This document shows positions 43,207-51,342 of a DNA stretch of 64,000 nucleotides, in pieces. Where the stretch lies: contig JBBSXJ010000004.1 in NCBI GenBank assembly GCA_038045825.1, forward strand, positions 11,465 to 75,464, written 5' to 3'. The stretch comes from Nanobdellota archaeon (lineage in GTDB: Archaea > Nanobdellota > Nanobdellia > Pacearchaeales > GW2011-AR1). The notes beneath the pieces were generated by a model that was not told the DNA's origin, ran no database searches, and was given only the letters and a program-made list of their open reading frames with translations. A program made the position numbers and the translations under genes. Each line of letters opens with the position of its first letter. Position 1 is the stretch's first letter.

Positions 43207-43344
43207 ATGAAGAACAAAAGTGTTAAGAAGTTTTTGCTTGAAATTCCAGCAGAGATATGGGAAAAATGGAAGGATAGGATTCCTAGATCTATATCAATAA
43301 ATAAGGCTTTGATCGAACTTTTACACAAGGAGAGTGTAAAATGA
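43207..43344 (+). CDS. 45-aa ribbon-helix-helix-like small protein, paralog of 29659..29790
   Basis: Hand translation: MKNKSVKKFLLEIPAEIWEKWKDRIPRSISINKALIELLHKESVK. The strand-helix-helix pattern resembles CopG/Arc. The stop overlaps the next start in ATGA. Confidence 0.6.
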   Translation: MKNKSVKKFLLEIPAEIWEKWKDRIPRSISINKALIELLHKESVK

Positions 43345-45263
43345 ATAAGCTTTATTCTATCAGCGTCTTATTTGTGTTATCTGTAACTTTAACTTCAGCA
43401 TTTCTTATGTCTGACCAAGGTAATAACGTTAGGTTGGCTAATGGTACATTGTTAGATTATGGAAATCTGACTATTTCTATACATGACTCTTCGTCTGGAG
43501 GGAATATGATATTCAATTCTACTGTTCAAGGTGCTATAATAAATGGATCATGGAACTTAATGATTAATCCTGATGTGCAATATGGTCAGTTTTATTGGAA
43601 AGATTATGAGATAAATGGGGAAGATTTAGACTTTGACGGAAATGAGAGACTGCAGTTTCAATCTTCATCTGGTTTGATAAATAATGTTTCTTTCCTCAAC
43701 TTTTCAATGATTGGCTCTTGCAGTAGTGGAAGTGCTATCAAACTTGTCTATTCAAATGGTAGTGTTGAATGCGAGAGTGTTTCTGGCGGCTCTAACTCTA
43801 CTGTTGACCTAACTAATTATGCTTTGAAGAACCAATCTGAAACTTTTACTGGAAATATTACTACAACTCAAACTGGATTTTTTGGTTGGATTGGAGGTTT
43901 GACCTCAAGAATAACAGGTTTATTTGTAAGAGATATTGATGCTTCTGGTAATGTAAATGCTTTAGGAAATGTAAGTGCTACATACATATTAGGGGATGGA
44001 AGTTTACTCACTAATTTGCCTGCTGCTGGGGCTGAATCAGATCCTATCTTTGTTGCTGAGAACTCTACATTATGGGGTGCTATTAATTCTAAATTATCTT
44101 CTTCAGATCAGAGATATAATGATACTGTTTTGGTTAACTCGGTTAACACTAATGCTAATATTAGATCCTTGGGTTTCTACAATATAAGTGAGGTTAATGG
44201 CTTGATTGCCGGTATAAATGGGGGTAACTCTAGTTTTAATCAATCATTAACTGATGTTTTGTATTATTCTACTAATAATCCACTTAATTTTATTAATAGT
44301 ACTTTTGTTTCTGCTTATAATGATAGCATTCTTGTTTTGAATGTGAACTCTTCTTTATGGAGTTATATAAACTCTAATCAAGCAAACTGGAATTCTACTT
44401 TTAACTTGACATATAACTCTATTTTGGGACAACAATGTCCTGTTGGAAGAATTGTTAATGGAACCTTGTTAAATGGCACGTTAAGTTGTATTATTGATTC
44501 TAGCGGATCTGGGAATGTTTTCAATCAAATATTAAATACTACTTCTAATGTTACTTTTGGAAATATTACTGTTAGTTCTAACTCTATATTCTCTGGAAAT
44601 GTAAGTGTTTCTACTGGATTTTTTGCTTATTTGGGGGGTGTTCTAAACAGGATTACAAAGATATTTGTTGTTGATTTGGATGTTTCAAATAATTTGAGTG
44701 TTGGTGGCAACATTTCTTCTCAATTTTATTTGGGCAGTTTGAATAGATCGACTTTTCCTAGTTCTTCTTGTTCTGGAACTGATAAGGTTACTGGATTAAA
44801 TGCTAATGGTAGCATTAATTGTGAAGCTGATGAGAGTGGATCAAGTAGTCAAACAATTCCTGTGAAATTTATGAATGTTTTGGCTGGCGCTGTAACTGAT
44901 ACTAATGCTCCTGATACAGAGAGGATTATTGGAAATAGTTATTATTTGGTTTGTACAAATACTACTGGATATAATAGATTTAGATATGGATATTCTCGTG
45001 CTTCTACAAATGGTGGAGCAAACGCAATAATATACATGAAATATATAGTTGCCCCTTCCACTACAATCACTGCAAGTTCGTATACTAATTTATCTAATTC
45101 TGACTCTCAAATATTGAGTTATACAAATCAGAACACTGCTGACTTGTCTGATTATTATACTATGGATGATGATCTAGAAGATATATGCATAGGAGCATTT
45201 CAAAGTGGGGGAAATGGAAATCTCGATCCACAATGGAGAAATATTTGGATTGAACTAAGTTAG
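43341..45263 (+). CDS. 640-aa secreted glycoprotein-like surface protein with internal repeats
   Basis: Signal MNKLYSISVLFVLSVTLTSA and very many NxS/T sequons. The module GFFGWIGGLTSRITGLFVRDIDASGNV is repeated as GFFAYLGGVLNRITKIFVVDLDVSNNL. There are three Cys-loop modules (C..G...NGS..C...SG). Confidence 0.8.
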   Translation: MNKLYSISVLFVLSVTLTSAFLMSDQGNNVRLANGTLLDYGNLTISIHDSSSGGNMIFNSTVQGAIINGSWNLMINPDVQYGQFYWKDYEINGEDLDFDGNERLQFQSSSGLINNVSFLNFSMIGSCSSGSAIKLVYSNGSVECESVSGGSNSTVDLTNYALKNQSETFTGNITTTQTGFFGWIGGLTSRITGLFVRDIDASGNVNALGNVSATYILGDGSLLTNLPAAGAESDPIFVAENSTLWGAINSKLSSSDQRYNDTVLVNSVNTNANIRSLGFYNISEVNGLIAGINGGNSSFNQSLTDVLYYSTNNPLNFINSTFVSAYNDSILVLNVNSSLWSYINSNQANWNSTFNLTYNSILGQQCPVGRIVNGTLLNGTLSCIIDSSGSGNVFNQILNTTSNVTFGNITVSSNSIFSGNVSVSTGFFAYLGGVLNRITKIFVVDLDVSNNLSVGGNISSQFYLGSLNRSTFPSSSCSGTDKVTGLNANGSINCEADESGSSSQTIPVKFMNVLAGAVTDTNAPDTERIIGNSYYLVCTNTTGYNRFRYGYSRASTNGGANAIIYMKYIVAPSTTITASSYTNLSNSDSQILSYTNQNTADLSDYYTMDDDLEDICIGAFQSGGNGNLDPQWRNIWIELS

Positions 45264-45275
45264 TTAGGAGATTAA

Positions 45276-46700
45276 ATGATAAATAAAAATCTTTTTATTC
45301 AGGCAGTTTTTTTTGTCATCTTGACAAATGGAGCTTTCGCTTTGACTGGTGTTTCTAACAATTATTCTGTTTCAATGTTTGGAAATTCAATATCTACTGG
45401 AAATGCTAATTCTAATAGCTATATTGCTACTTTTCTTTCAGAAAATTTAGGAACAACTAGCAATGCCCAAAGTAATAGTTTTGTTGGAAATATAGGTTTT
45501 TTTGAAACAGGTTATTTTACAACTGTTAGTATAACTTCATATTCTATATCTCCTATAACTGCTGTTATTGGTTCTACAATTGAATTATCTATTACTGCCT
45601 CTAATGTTGAGTCGGTTTGGGTTGAAATTACCTCTCCAGACTCTCAAGTCCAGACTTTGAATTTAGTTAATGGACAGACTTTAAACTATCTACCAGTTCC
45701 ATCTATTGTTGGAAGATATCAGGTTATATTTTATGCTAGAGGTTCAACTGGTGCTATTGCTAGCATATCTGATTATTTTGATTTGATTGAGCAATCCTCT
45801 GGGAGTTCAAGTTCTTCAAGTGGATCTAGTGGATCTAGTGGAGGTGGAACAATACAGAGTTGCAATTACAACTGGGATTGTACTCCTTGGAGTCTTTGTT
45901 CTAATGGTTTGCAAACTAGAACTTGTGCAAATATAGGCACTTGCATTGGTCAGGAAAGCAGACCAATAGAATCTATGTCATGCTCTCAAGCACTTTTTGA
46001 TATAACTTTAAATTTGGAAGGTATTTCTTTAACTGATGGGAATGTTAGGTTTGATGTTAGTCTTATTGAACAGTTTGGTGTTGAAGAATTAGATGTACAC
46101 TTAAAATATTCTATAATTGATGAGGAGAATTATGAACTATTTAGTCAGATAGAAACTAAATCAATCAAAGGAAGTCTTTCTTTTGAAAAGATAATAGATT
46201 TTGATTTGGAAAATGGAAATTACATTTTAAGAGTTGATGTTTTATATGGCAACTTACAAAGAGCATTTGCTGAACAAAGTTTTGTTGTTTCTAATGGAAA
46301 TATTGATGAATTTGAAGGCAATGGTATTACAGGATTTACTTTAATTGATTATATAGACTCTAGAAGAATAACATTTTCAATACTTTCATTATTAATTTCT
46401 TTAACTTTGTTAATTACTTACTTTTATGTTTTAAGAGATAATAAAATTGTTAAGGTTTCTAATTCATTGAATAACACAATTGGTCTTGATGTTTATACTG
46501 GTGGTGGTATGAAATTAGGAAAAGTTTATGATATAATTCTTAAGGATAATATTATTTATGGAATAGCTGTTTTAATTGAAAAAGGTGTACCTGTCCATCA
46601 TGATAGAGTCTTGATAAGATATGAATATATAGATGATATTAACGATGTCGTACTGGTAAATTCAAGTGTTTTGGAAAACAATTCTCACGAATCTGCATAG
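45276..46700 (+). CDS. 474-aa surface protein: signal peptide, Ser/Gly linker, TSP1-like Cys module, TM helix, cytoplasmic PRC-barrel-like tail
   Basis: CNYNWDCTPWSLCSNGLQTRTC resembles a thrombospondin type-1 repeat. The TM helix is ITFSILSLLISLTLLITYFYVL. The tail GLDVYTGGGMKLGKVYDIIL...VLV resembles a PRC barrel. Confidence 0.75.
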   Translation: MINKNLFIQAVFFVILTNGAFALTGVSNNYSVSMFGNSISTGNANSNSYIATFLSENLGTTSNAQSNSFVGNIGFFETGYFTTVSITSYSISPITAVIGSTIELSITASNVESVWVEITSPDSQVQTLNLVNGQTLNYLPVPSIVGRYQVIFYARGSTGAIASISDYFDLIEQSSGSSSSSSGSSGSSGGGTIQSCNYNWDCTPWSLCSNGLQTRTCANIGTCIGQESRPIESMSCSQALFDITLNLEGISLTDGNVRFDVSLIEQFGVEELDVHLKYSIIDEENYELFSQIETKSIKGSLSFEKIIDFDLENGNYILRVDVLYGNLQRAFAEQSFVVSNGNIDEFEGNGITGFTLIDYIDSRRITFSILSLLISLTLLITYFYVLRDNKIVKVSNSLNNTIGLDVYTGGGMKLGKVYDIILKDNIIYGIAVLIEKGVPVHHDRVLIRYEYIDDINDVVLVNSSVLENNSHESA

Positions 46701-46732
46701 ATTTAAAAGGGATTTTTTATTACAAAATGTAT

Positions 46733-46807
46733 GCTCCCGTAGCTCAGCCTGGATAGAGCATCGGACTTCTAATCCGAGGGTCGTAGGTTCAAATCCTATC
46801 GGGAGCG
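46733..46807 (+). tRNA. tRNA-Arg (anticodon TCT)
   Basis: GCTCCCG acceptor, D arm GCTC-AGCCTGGATA-GAGC, anticodon arm TCGGA-CTTCTAA-TCCGA, T arm TAGG-TTCAAATCC-TA. 75 nt. Confidence 0.9.
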
Positions 46808-46827
46808 TTTTTCTTTACAAGACTTTA

Positions 46828-47118
46828 TTAGAATACATCACTAAAAGTTCTGCAGAATTGCATCTTAGCTTTATCTAGATCCTTTTTTCCTTCTTGAGTT
46901 AGGGAATATACAATTGTTTTACCTTCTTTCTTTTCTTTAATTAATTTATTTTCTTTTAGTTGTTTTAATGCTGGATAGATTGTTCCTGGAGAAGGTTTGC
47001 AACCCTTTCTTTTTTCTAGCTCTAAGGCTATTTCCTGACCATGCATATCTTTTTTAGATAATATGAATAAGATTAGAAATGAAAGAAATCCCCTCATGTC
47101 GCAATATGATTTATCCAT
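46828..47118 (-). CDS. PadR-family transcriptional regulator
   Basis: GFLSFLILFILSKKDMHGQEIALELE...SPGTIYPALKQLKENKLI matches the PadR winged helix. Confidence 0.85.
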   Translation of the reverse strand: MDKSYCDMRGFLSFLILFILSKKDMHGQEIALELEKRKGCKPSPGTIYPALKQLKENKLIKEKKEGKTIVYSLTQEGKKDLDKAKMQFCRTFSDVF

Positions 47119-47156
47119 AAATCTTATTATCTTTAATTGTATTTAATCCTTTGTAA

Positions 47157-47206
47157 ATATCGTATGACCGATATATTTATATATGATATATATCGTATAT
47201 ACGATA
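47157..47206. promoter_or_regulatory. Two ATATCGTAT-containing palindromes in the PadR divergent promoter
   Basis: ATATCG-6 nt-CGATAT (47157..47174) and the perfect 16-bp palindrome TATCGTATATACGATA (47191..47206). Confidence 0.55.
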
Positions 47207-47230
47207 CATGTTGAAAGGAGGTAAATTAAA

Positions 47231-47395
47231 ATGAGTGGGCAGTGTTACGGACAATCTTGCGAGTCTTCTAGTCGAGGGTTTCTAACTAAAAAAGAGAAAA
47301 TTGAAATGCTAGAAGAATACAAGAAAAACCTTGAGCTTGAAACTAAAGGTGTAAGCGAGAAGATAAAAGATTTGTCTAATGATCAAGAAGACTAA
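47231..47395 (+). CDS. 54-aa small protein, DUF5320-like (tentative), divergent from PadR
   Basis: Hand translation: MSGQCYGQSCESSSRGFLTKKEKIEMLEEYKKNLELETKGVSEKIKDLSNDQED. AGGAGG lies 9 nt upstream. RGFLTK-EKIEMLEEY recalls DUF5320. Confidence 0.5.
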   Translation: MSGQCYGQSCESSSRGFLTKKEKIEMLEEYKKNLELETKGVSEKIKDLSNDQED

Positions 47396-47437
47396 TAGTT
47401 GAGCTATTTTTTATTTTTCTTTTTTTATTATATTAAA

Positions 47438-47510
47438 AGCGCGGAACAGGATTCGAACCTGCGAATAGTTGGGCTGCAGCCAACCGCGTTAACCACTTCG
47501 CCATCCGCGC
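47438..47510 (-). tRNA. tRNA-Cys (anticodon GCA)
   Basis: Acceptor GCGCGGA/TCCGCGC, anticodon arm GTTGG-CTGCAGC-CCAAC, T loop TTCGAAT. 73 nt. Confidence 0.85.
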
Positions 47511-47584
47511 ATAATAATTTGACTGGAGGTTGTTATTTAAAGCTTTATAGAAACATTTAAAGTAATAGTTTTTGTAAGAGATAT

Positions 47585-49039
47585 ATGGCTGAAAAGAAAG
47601 AAGTTCCTAAAATAAGCGTAGAGGATTTGGCTATATTTTGTAAAAGGCGTGGTTTTGTTTACCCCTCTGCTGAAATCTATGGCGGTATGGCAGGTATATG
47701 GGACTTTGGGCCTGTCGGAGTTGAATTAAAGAATAATATTAAGAAAGAATGGTGGGACTATTATGTAAAAAAAAGGGAAGATGTCGTAGGAATTGATGGA
47801 GCTATAATAACTCCTAGAAAACTTTGGGAAGCCTCCGGCCATTTATCTAGTTTTTATGATTTTGCAGTAAAGTGTAAGAAATGTAAGAATGCTACAAAAA
47901 TAGATTCTAACGAAGCTGGAAAAGTAAAATGTGATAAATGTGGTGGAGAATATGAAGTCTTGGGTAAATTTAACCAGTTATTTCCTTTACAAGTAGGAGC
48001 ATTGAATCCTACTGAAGCTTATCTTAGGGGTGAAACTGCTCAATTAATTTTTGCTAACTTTAAATTAGTACAAGAGAACGCAAGAATGAGTTTACCTTTT
48101 GGAATTGCTCAAATAGGCAAGGTTTTTAGAAATGAAATTTCGCCCCGCGAATTTATTTTTAGAGATAGAGAATTAGAGCAAATGGAAATAGAATATTTTA
48201 TCGCTCCAAAACAGGAATGTCCTTATGAACTTATTGATCAAGAAATATTAATTTATTCTCAACAGATGCAGGTTAACAAGAAAGAAGCAATAAAGATGAA
48301 AATCTCTAAAGCTTTGAAAGATAAAATAATCTTGAGAGATTGGCATGCTTATTGGATAAGTCAACAACTTAATTGGTTTAACTCTTTAGGCCTTGACTTA
48401 GATAATTTTAGATTAAGACAACATTTAACTGATGAAAAAAGTCATTATTCTACAGATACTTGGGATCTAGAATACAAATTCCCTATGGGTTGGAAAGAAT
48501 TACAGGGGTTTGCAGACCGCTCTAATTATGATTTAACCCAGCATCAAAAGTTCTCTGGAAAAAGTTTAGAAATGCAAGATCCTCGATTTGGAAAGGTTTT
48601 ACCTGAGGTTGTTTGTGAACCTTCGCTGGGAGTTGAAAGGGCTTTTATGATTATACTGTTAGATGCTTATAATTATGATAAAGAAAGAGATAATATTGTT
48701 TTGAAACTACATCCTAAGCTTGCTCCTGTCAAAGTTGGAGTTTTCCCTATTGTAAAGAAAGATGAAGACGTTGTAAAGCTTTCTAGAAAAGTTTTTGAGG
48801 AGTTGAAGGAGGAATTTGAAACTGCTTATGATGATAGTGGTAGTATTGGTCGCAGATATGCTCGAAATGATGAAATTGGAACTCCTTATTGTATAACTAT
48901 TGATGGAGATTCAATTAAAGGTAAAGATGTTACAATTAGAGATAGAGATACTACAAAACAGGTTCGCGTTAAAGTTAAGGACTTGATTGAAACAATTAGA
49001 AAGCTTATTTCTGGAAAAATATCTTTTAAAGAGCTTTGA
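47585..49039 (+). CDS. glyS: Glycyl-tRNA synthetase (archaeal/eukaryotic alpha2 type)
   Basis: RRGFVYPSAEIYGG..G.WDFGP.G..LKNNI, class II motifs (FRNEISPR, GVERAF), and an anticodon-binding domain (VGVFPI..., GRRYARNDEIGTPY). Confidence 0.9.
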   Translation: MAEKKEVPKISVEDLAIFCKRRGFVYPSAEIYGGMAGIWDFGPVGVELKNNIKKEWWDYYVKKREDVVGIDGAIITPRKLWEASGHLSSFYDFAVKCKKCKNATKIDSNEAGKVKCDKCGGEYEVLGKFNQLFPLQVGALNPTEAYLRGETAQLIFANFKLVQENARMSLPFGIAQIGKVFRNEISPREFIFRDRELEQMEIEYFIAPKQECPYELIDQEILIYSQQMQVNKKEAIKMKISKALKDKIILRDWHAYWISQQLNWFNSLGLDLDNFRLRQHLTDEKSHYSTDTWDLEYKFPMGWKELQGFADRSNYDLTQHQKFSGKSLEMQDPRFGKVLPEVVCEPSLGVERAFMIILLDAYNYDKERDNIVLKLHPKLAPVKVGVFPIVKKDEDVVKLSRKVFEELKEEFETAYDDSGSIGRRYARNDEIGTPYCITIDGDSIKGKDVTIRDRDTTKQVRVKVKDLIETIRKLISGKISFKEL

Positions 49040-49078
49040 ACTGCTTAGGTTTATAAATAAGGTATTCTAAAATAGATT

Positions 49079-49324
49079 ATGGGGTTGATGGATTTAATAA
49101 CTTGGCAGTATGCTTTTCTCTTTGGAGGGGCTATGTTTATATTCGGTTTGATTGCTCTTGCTTTTTGGATATGGATGCTTATTGATTGTGCTAAAAGACG
49201 CTTTAGAAATAATGTTGAGAAAGTAATCTGGATAATTGCTTTTGTTTTCTTGGGTCTTCTTGGGGCGCTAGTTTATTTAATAGCCGTCAGGATGTACAAC
49301 CCTTCTGGTTTATTTAAGAGGTAA
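49079..49324 (+). CDS. Small membrane protein with PLD-nuclease N-terminal (PLDc_N)-like motif
   Basis: Two TM helices. WIWMLIDCAKR......KVIWIIAFVFLGLLGALVYL. Confidence 0.55.
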   Translation: MGLMDLITWQYAFLFGGAMFIFGLIALAFWIWMLIDCAKRRFRNNVEKVIWIIAFVFLGLLGALVYLIAVRMYNPSGLFKR

Positions 49325-49404
49325 AAAATGATAAAAAATGATATTTTTAGCAGTTCGAAACTAAACTGGCATGCCTGCGCATACAATATTTCTAAGTTTT
49401 GAAC

Positions 49405-50205
49405 ATGACTAAAACTCTTGGTTTTATTTCTTTGAAAGGCGGAGTGGGTAAAACTACAATGTCTGCTGCTGTTGCTACTCATCTTGCTAACGCTTATCAC
49501 AAGAGGGTTTTGCTTGTAGATGCTAATTTCTCTGCTCCTAATTTGGGATTACATATGGATATTGTTTCTCCACAAAAAACAATTCATGATGTATTGGCCG
49601 GAGATCCTATTTCTTCTGCAATTCATTTACAATATGGTGTTGATGTTATTCCAGGTAACTTTTTAGATAATAAAGATTTGAATCCTATGCTTCTAAAAGA
49701 TAGAATTGGACATATAAAGAAAGATTACGATTTTGTTATACTTGATTCTTCTCCTTCTTTAAATGACGAGATGCTTGCCACAATAATTGCTTCTGACCAT
49801 ATATTCGCTGTTTCTACCCCTGATTATCCTACATTAAGTTGTACCATTCGTGCTGCTCAACTTGCTAAGTCCAGACATAGACCAATAGCTGGAATAATTG
49901 TTAATCAGTCCCATGGACATTATGATATTAATTCTGAAGAGATTCAGGAATCTACTGGTATTCCTGTTGTTGCTAAGATTAAATATGATGAGATTCAGCA
50001 TATGGCTTTAGCTGAAAGAGTTCCAGCTCCTTTGTTTGCTGGAAGAACAGCTTTTACAAGTGAAATAGATAAGTTTTGTCGTGCACTTCTTGGATTACCT
50101 GAGAAGTCTTCTTGGTTTGCTTCTCTTTTCTCTAAAGATGCAAAGCTTGAGAAAGTTAATAGGGCTTTGATGGCGCAGAGTTTCTATAAAGGTGTTTTCA
50201 AGTAG
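49405..50205 (+). CDS. MinD/ParA-family P-loop ATPase
   Basis: Deviant Walker A SLKGGVGKTT, LLVDAN and VILDSSP. The ATG at 49405 is preferred over the track TTG at 49399. Confidence 0.8.
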   Translation: MTKTLGFISLKGGVGKTTMSAAVATHLANAYHKRVLLVDANFSAPNLGLHMDIVSPQKTIHDVLAGDPISSAIHLQYGVDVIPGNFLDNKDLNPMLLKDRIGHIKKDYDFVILDSSPSLNDEMLATIIASDHIFAVSTPDYPTLSCTIRAAQLAKSRHRPIAGIIVNQSHGHYDINSEEIQESTGIPVVAKIKYDEIQHMALAERVPAPLFAGRTAFTSEIDKFCRALLGLPEKSSWFASLFSKDAKLEKVNRALMAQSFYKGVFK

Positions 50206-50241
50206 GATTAAGTATAAAAGTTAATTTTATTTGTTGGTTTT

Positions 50242-50886
50242 GTGAATAAAGATTTTATTATTGAAGAAACTAAAGATTTTGTTAAGTCTAAACTAGAAGG
50301 TGAAGGTTCTGGTCATGATTGGTGGCATATCTACAAGGTATGGAATAATGCTAAACATATTAATGAACATGAAAATGCAGATGGTTTTATTGTTGAATTG
50401 GGAGCTTTATTGCATGATATTGCTGACTGGAAATTTCATTCTTCTGATGTTGGACCTAGAATTGCTACTGAACATTTAGAATCTCTTGGAGTTGATAAAA
50501 AAACTATAGATCAAGTTTGTGAAATAATCAATACTATTTCTTTTAAGGGTGCTGGTAGTGAGAAACCAATGAAAACAGTTGAAGGAAAGATTGTTAGGGA
50601 TGCTGATAGATTAGAAGCTTTAGGAGCTATTGGAATTGCGAGATGCTTTGCTTATGGTGGTCATAAGGGAAATCCCATTTATGTTCCTAATTTTAAAGCA
50701 AGAGATAATATGAATTTTGAAGAATATAAAAAGGAAAGTTCTCAAATAAATCATTTTTATGAAAAACTTTTATTGTTAAAGGATTTGATGCTTACTGAAA
50801 CTGGTAAGAAAATTGCGATGAGAAGACATGAGTTTTTAGAGGAATATTTAAAGCAATTCTTTTTAGAATGGGATGGTAAGGCATAA
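50242..50886 (+). CDS. HD-domain phosphohydrolase
   Basis: GHDWWHIYKVW...GALLHDIADWKF...RDADRLEALGAIG. GTG start. Confidence 0.75.
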   Translation: MNKDFIIEETKDFVKSKLEGEGSGHDWWHIYKVWNNAKHINEHENADGFIVELGALLHDIADWKFHSSDVGPRIATEHLESLGVDKKTIDQVCEIINTISFKGAGSEKPMKTVEGKIVRDADRLEALGAIGIARCFAYGGHKGNPIYVPNFKARDNMNFEEYKKESSQINHFYEKLLLLKDLMLTETGKKIAMRRHEFLEEYLKQFFLEWDGKA

Positions 50887-51248
50887 TGGTTAAATCGGAT
50901 AATTGTGTTTTTTGCAGGATTGCTAAAGGTGATATTAAACAAGAGAAAATAATGGAAAGCGATAATTTCTTTGCTATTAGAGATATTCATCCTGATGCTC
51001 CAGGGCATTCTCTTGTTATACCTAAGAAGCATTTCGTTACTTTGCTTGATGTTCCTAATAAACTGGGAAATGAGATGCTTGAATTTACCAAGAAAGTTGC
51101 TTCAAGTTTAATGGATGATAAATATGGGGATGGATTTAATTTAGTTATGAATAATTTGCAAGTTGCTGGTCAAGTTGTTATGCATGCACATATTCATGTT
51201 ATTCCTAGAAAAGAAGGCGATGGACTAAGATTTTTGACTAGAGTTTGA
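50886..51248 (+). CDS. HIT-family nucleotide hydrolase/transferase (intact triad)
   Basis: CVFCRI, GHSLVIPKKH and the histidine triad HAHIHVIP. Confidence 0.9.
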   Translation: MVKSDNCVFCRIAKGDIKQEKIMESDNFFAIRDIHPDAPGHSLVIPKKHFVTLLDVPNKLGNEMLEFTKKVASSLMDDKYGDGFNLVMNNLQVAGQVVMHAHIHVIPRKEGDGLRFLTRV

Positions 51249-51342
51249 TGTGTGACCGCACTATATCATGTCCATTTTGATGGGGATTTTCACAAAGTCT
51301 TTAGAAAATCAGTAATGAACTCGTAATCTTCTTCCTATAAAA

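Noticed and set aside
46666-46878. 70-aa plus-strand ORF spanning 46666..46878.
   Set aside because: It runs straight through the well-folded tRNA-Arg(TCT) gene at 46733..46807, so it is a translation artefact.
51241-51249. GAGTTTGAT at the end of the HIT gene as an att site matching ATCAAACTC inside tRNA-CAT (about 53681).
   Set aside because: The match is only 9 nt and in inverted rather than direct orientation. It lies within coding sequence, and no integrase is nearby. It is probably chance.
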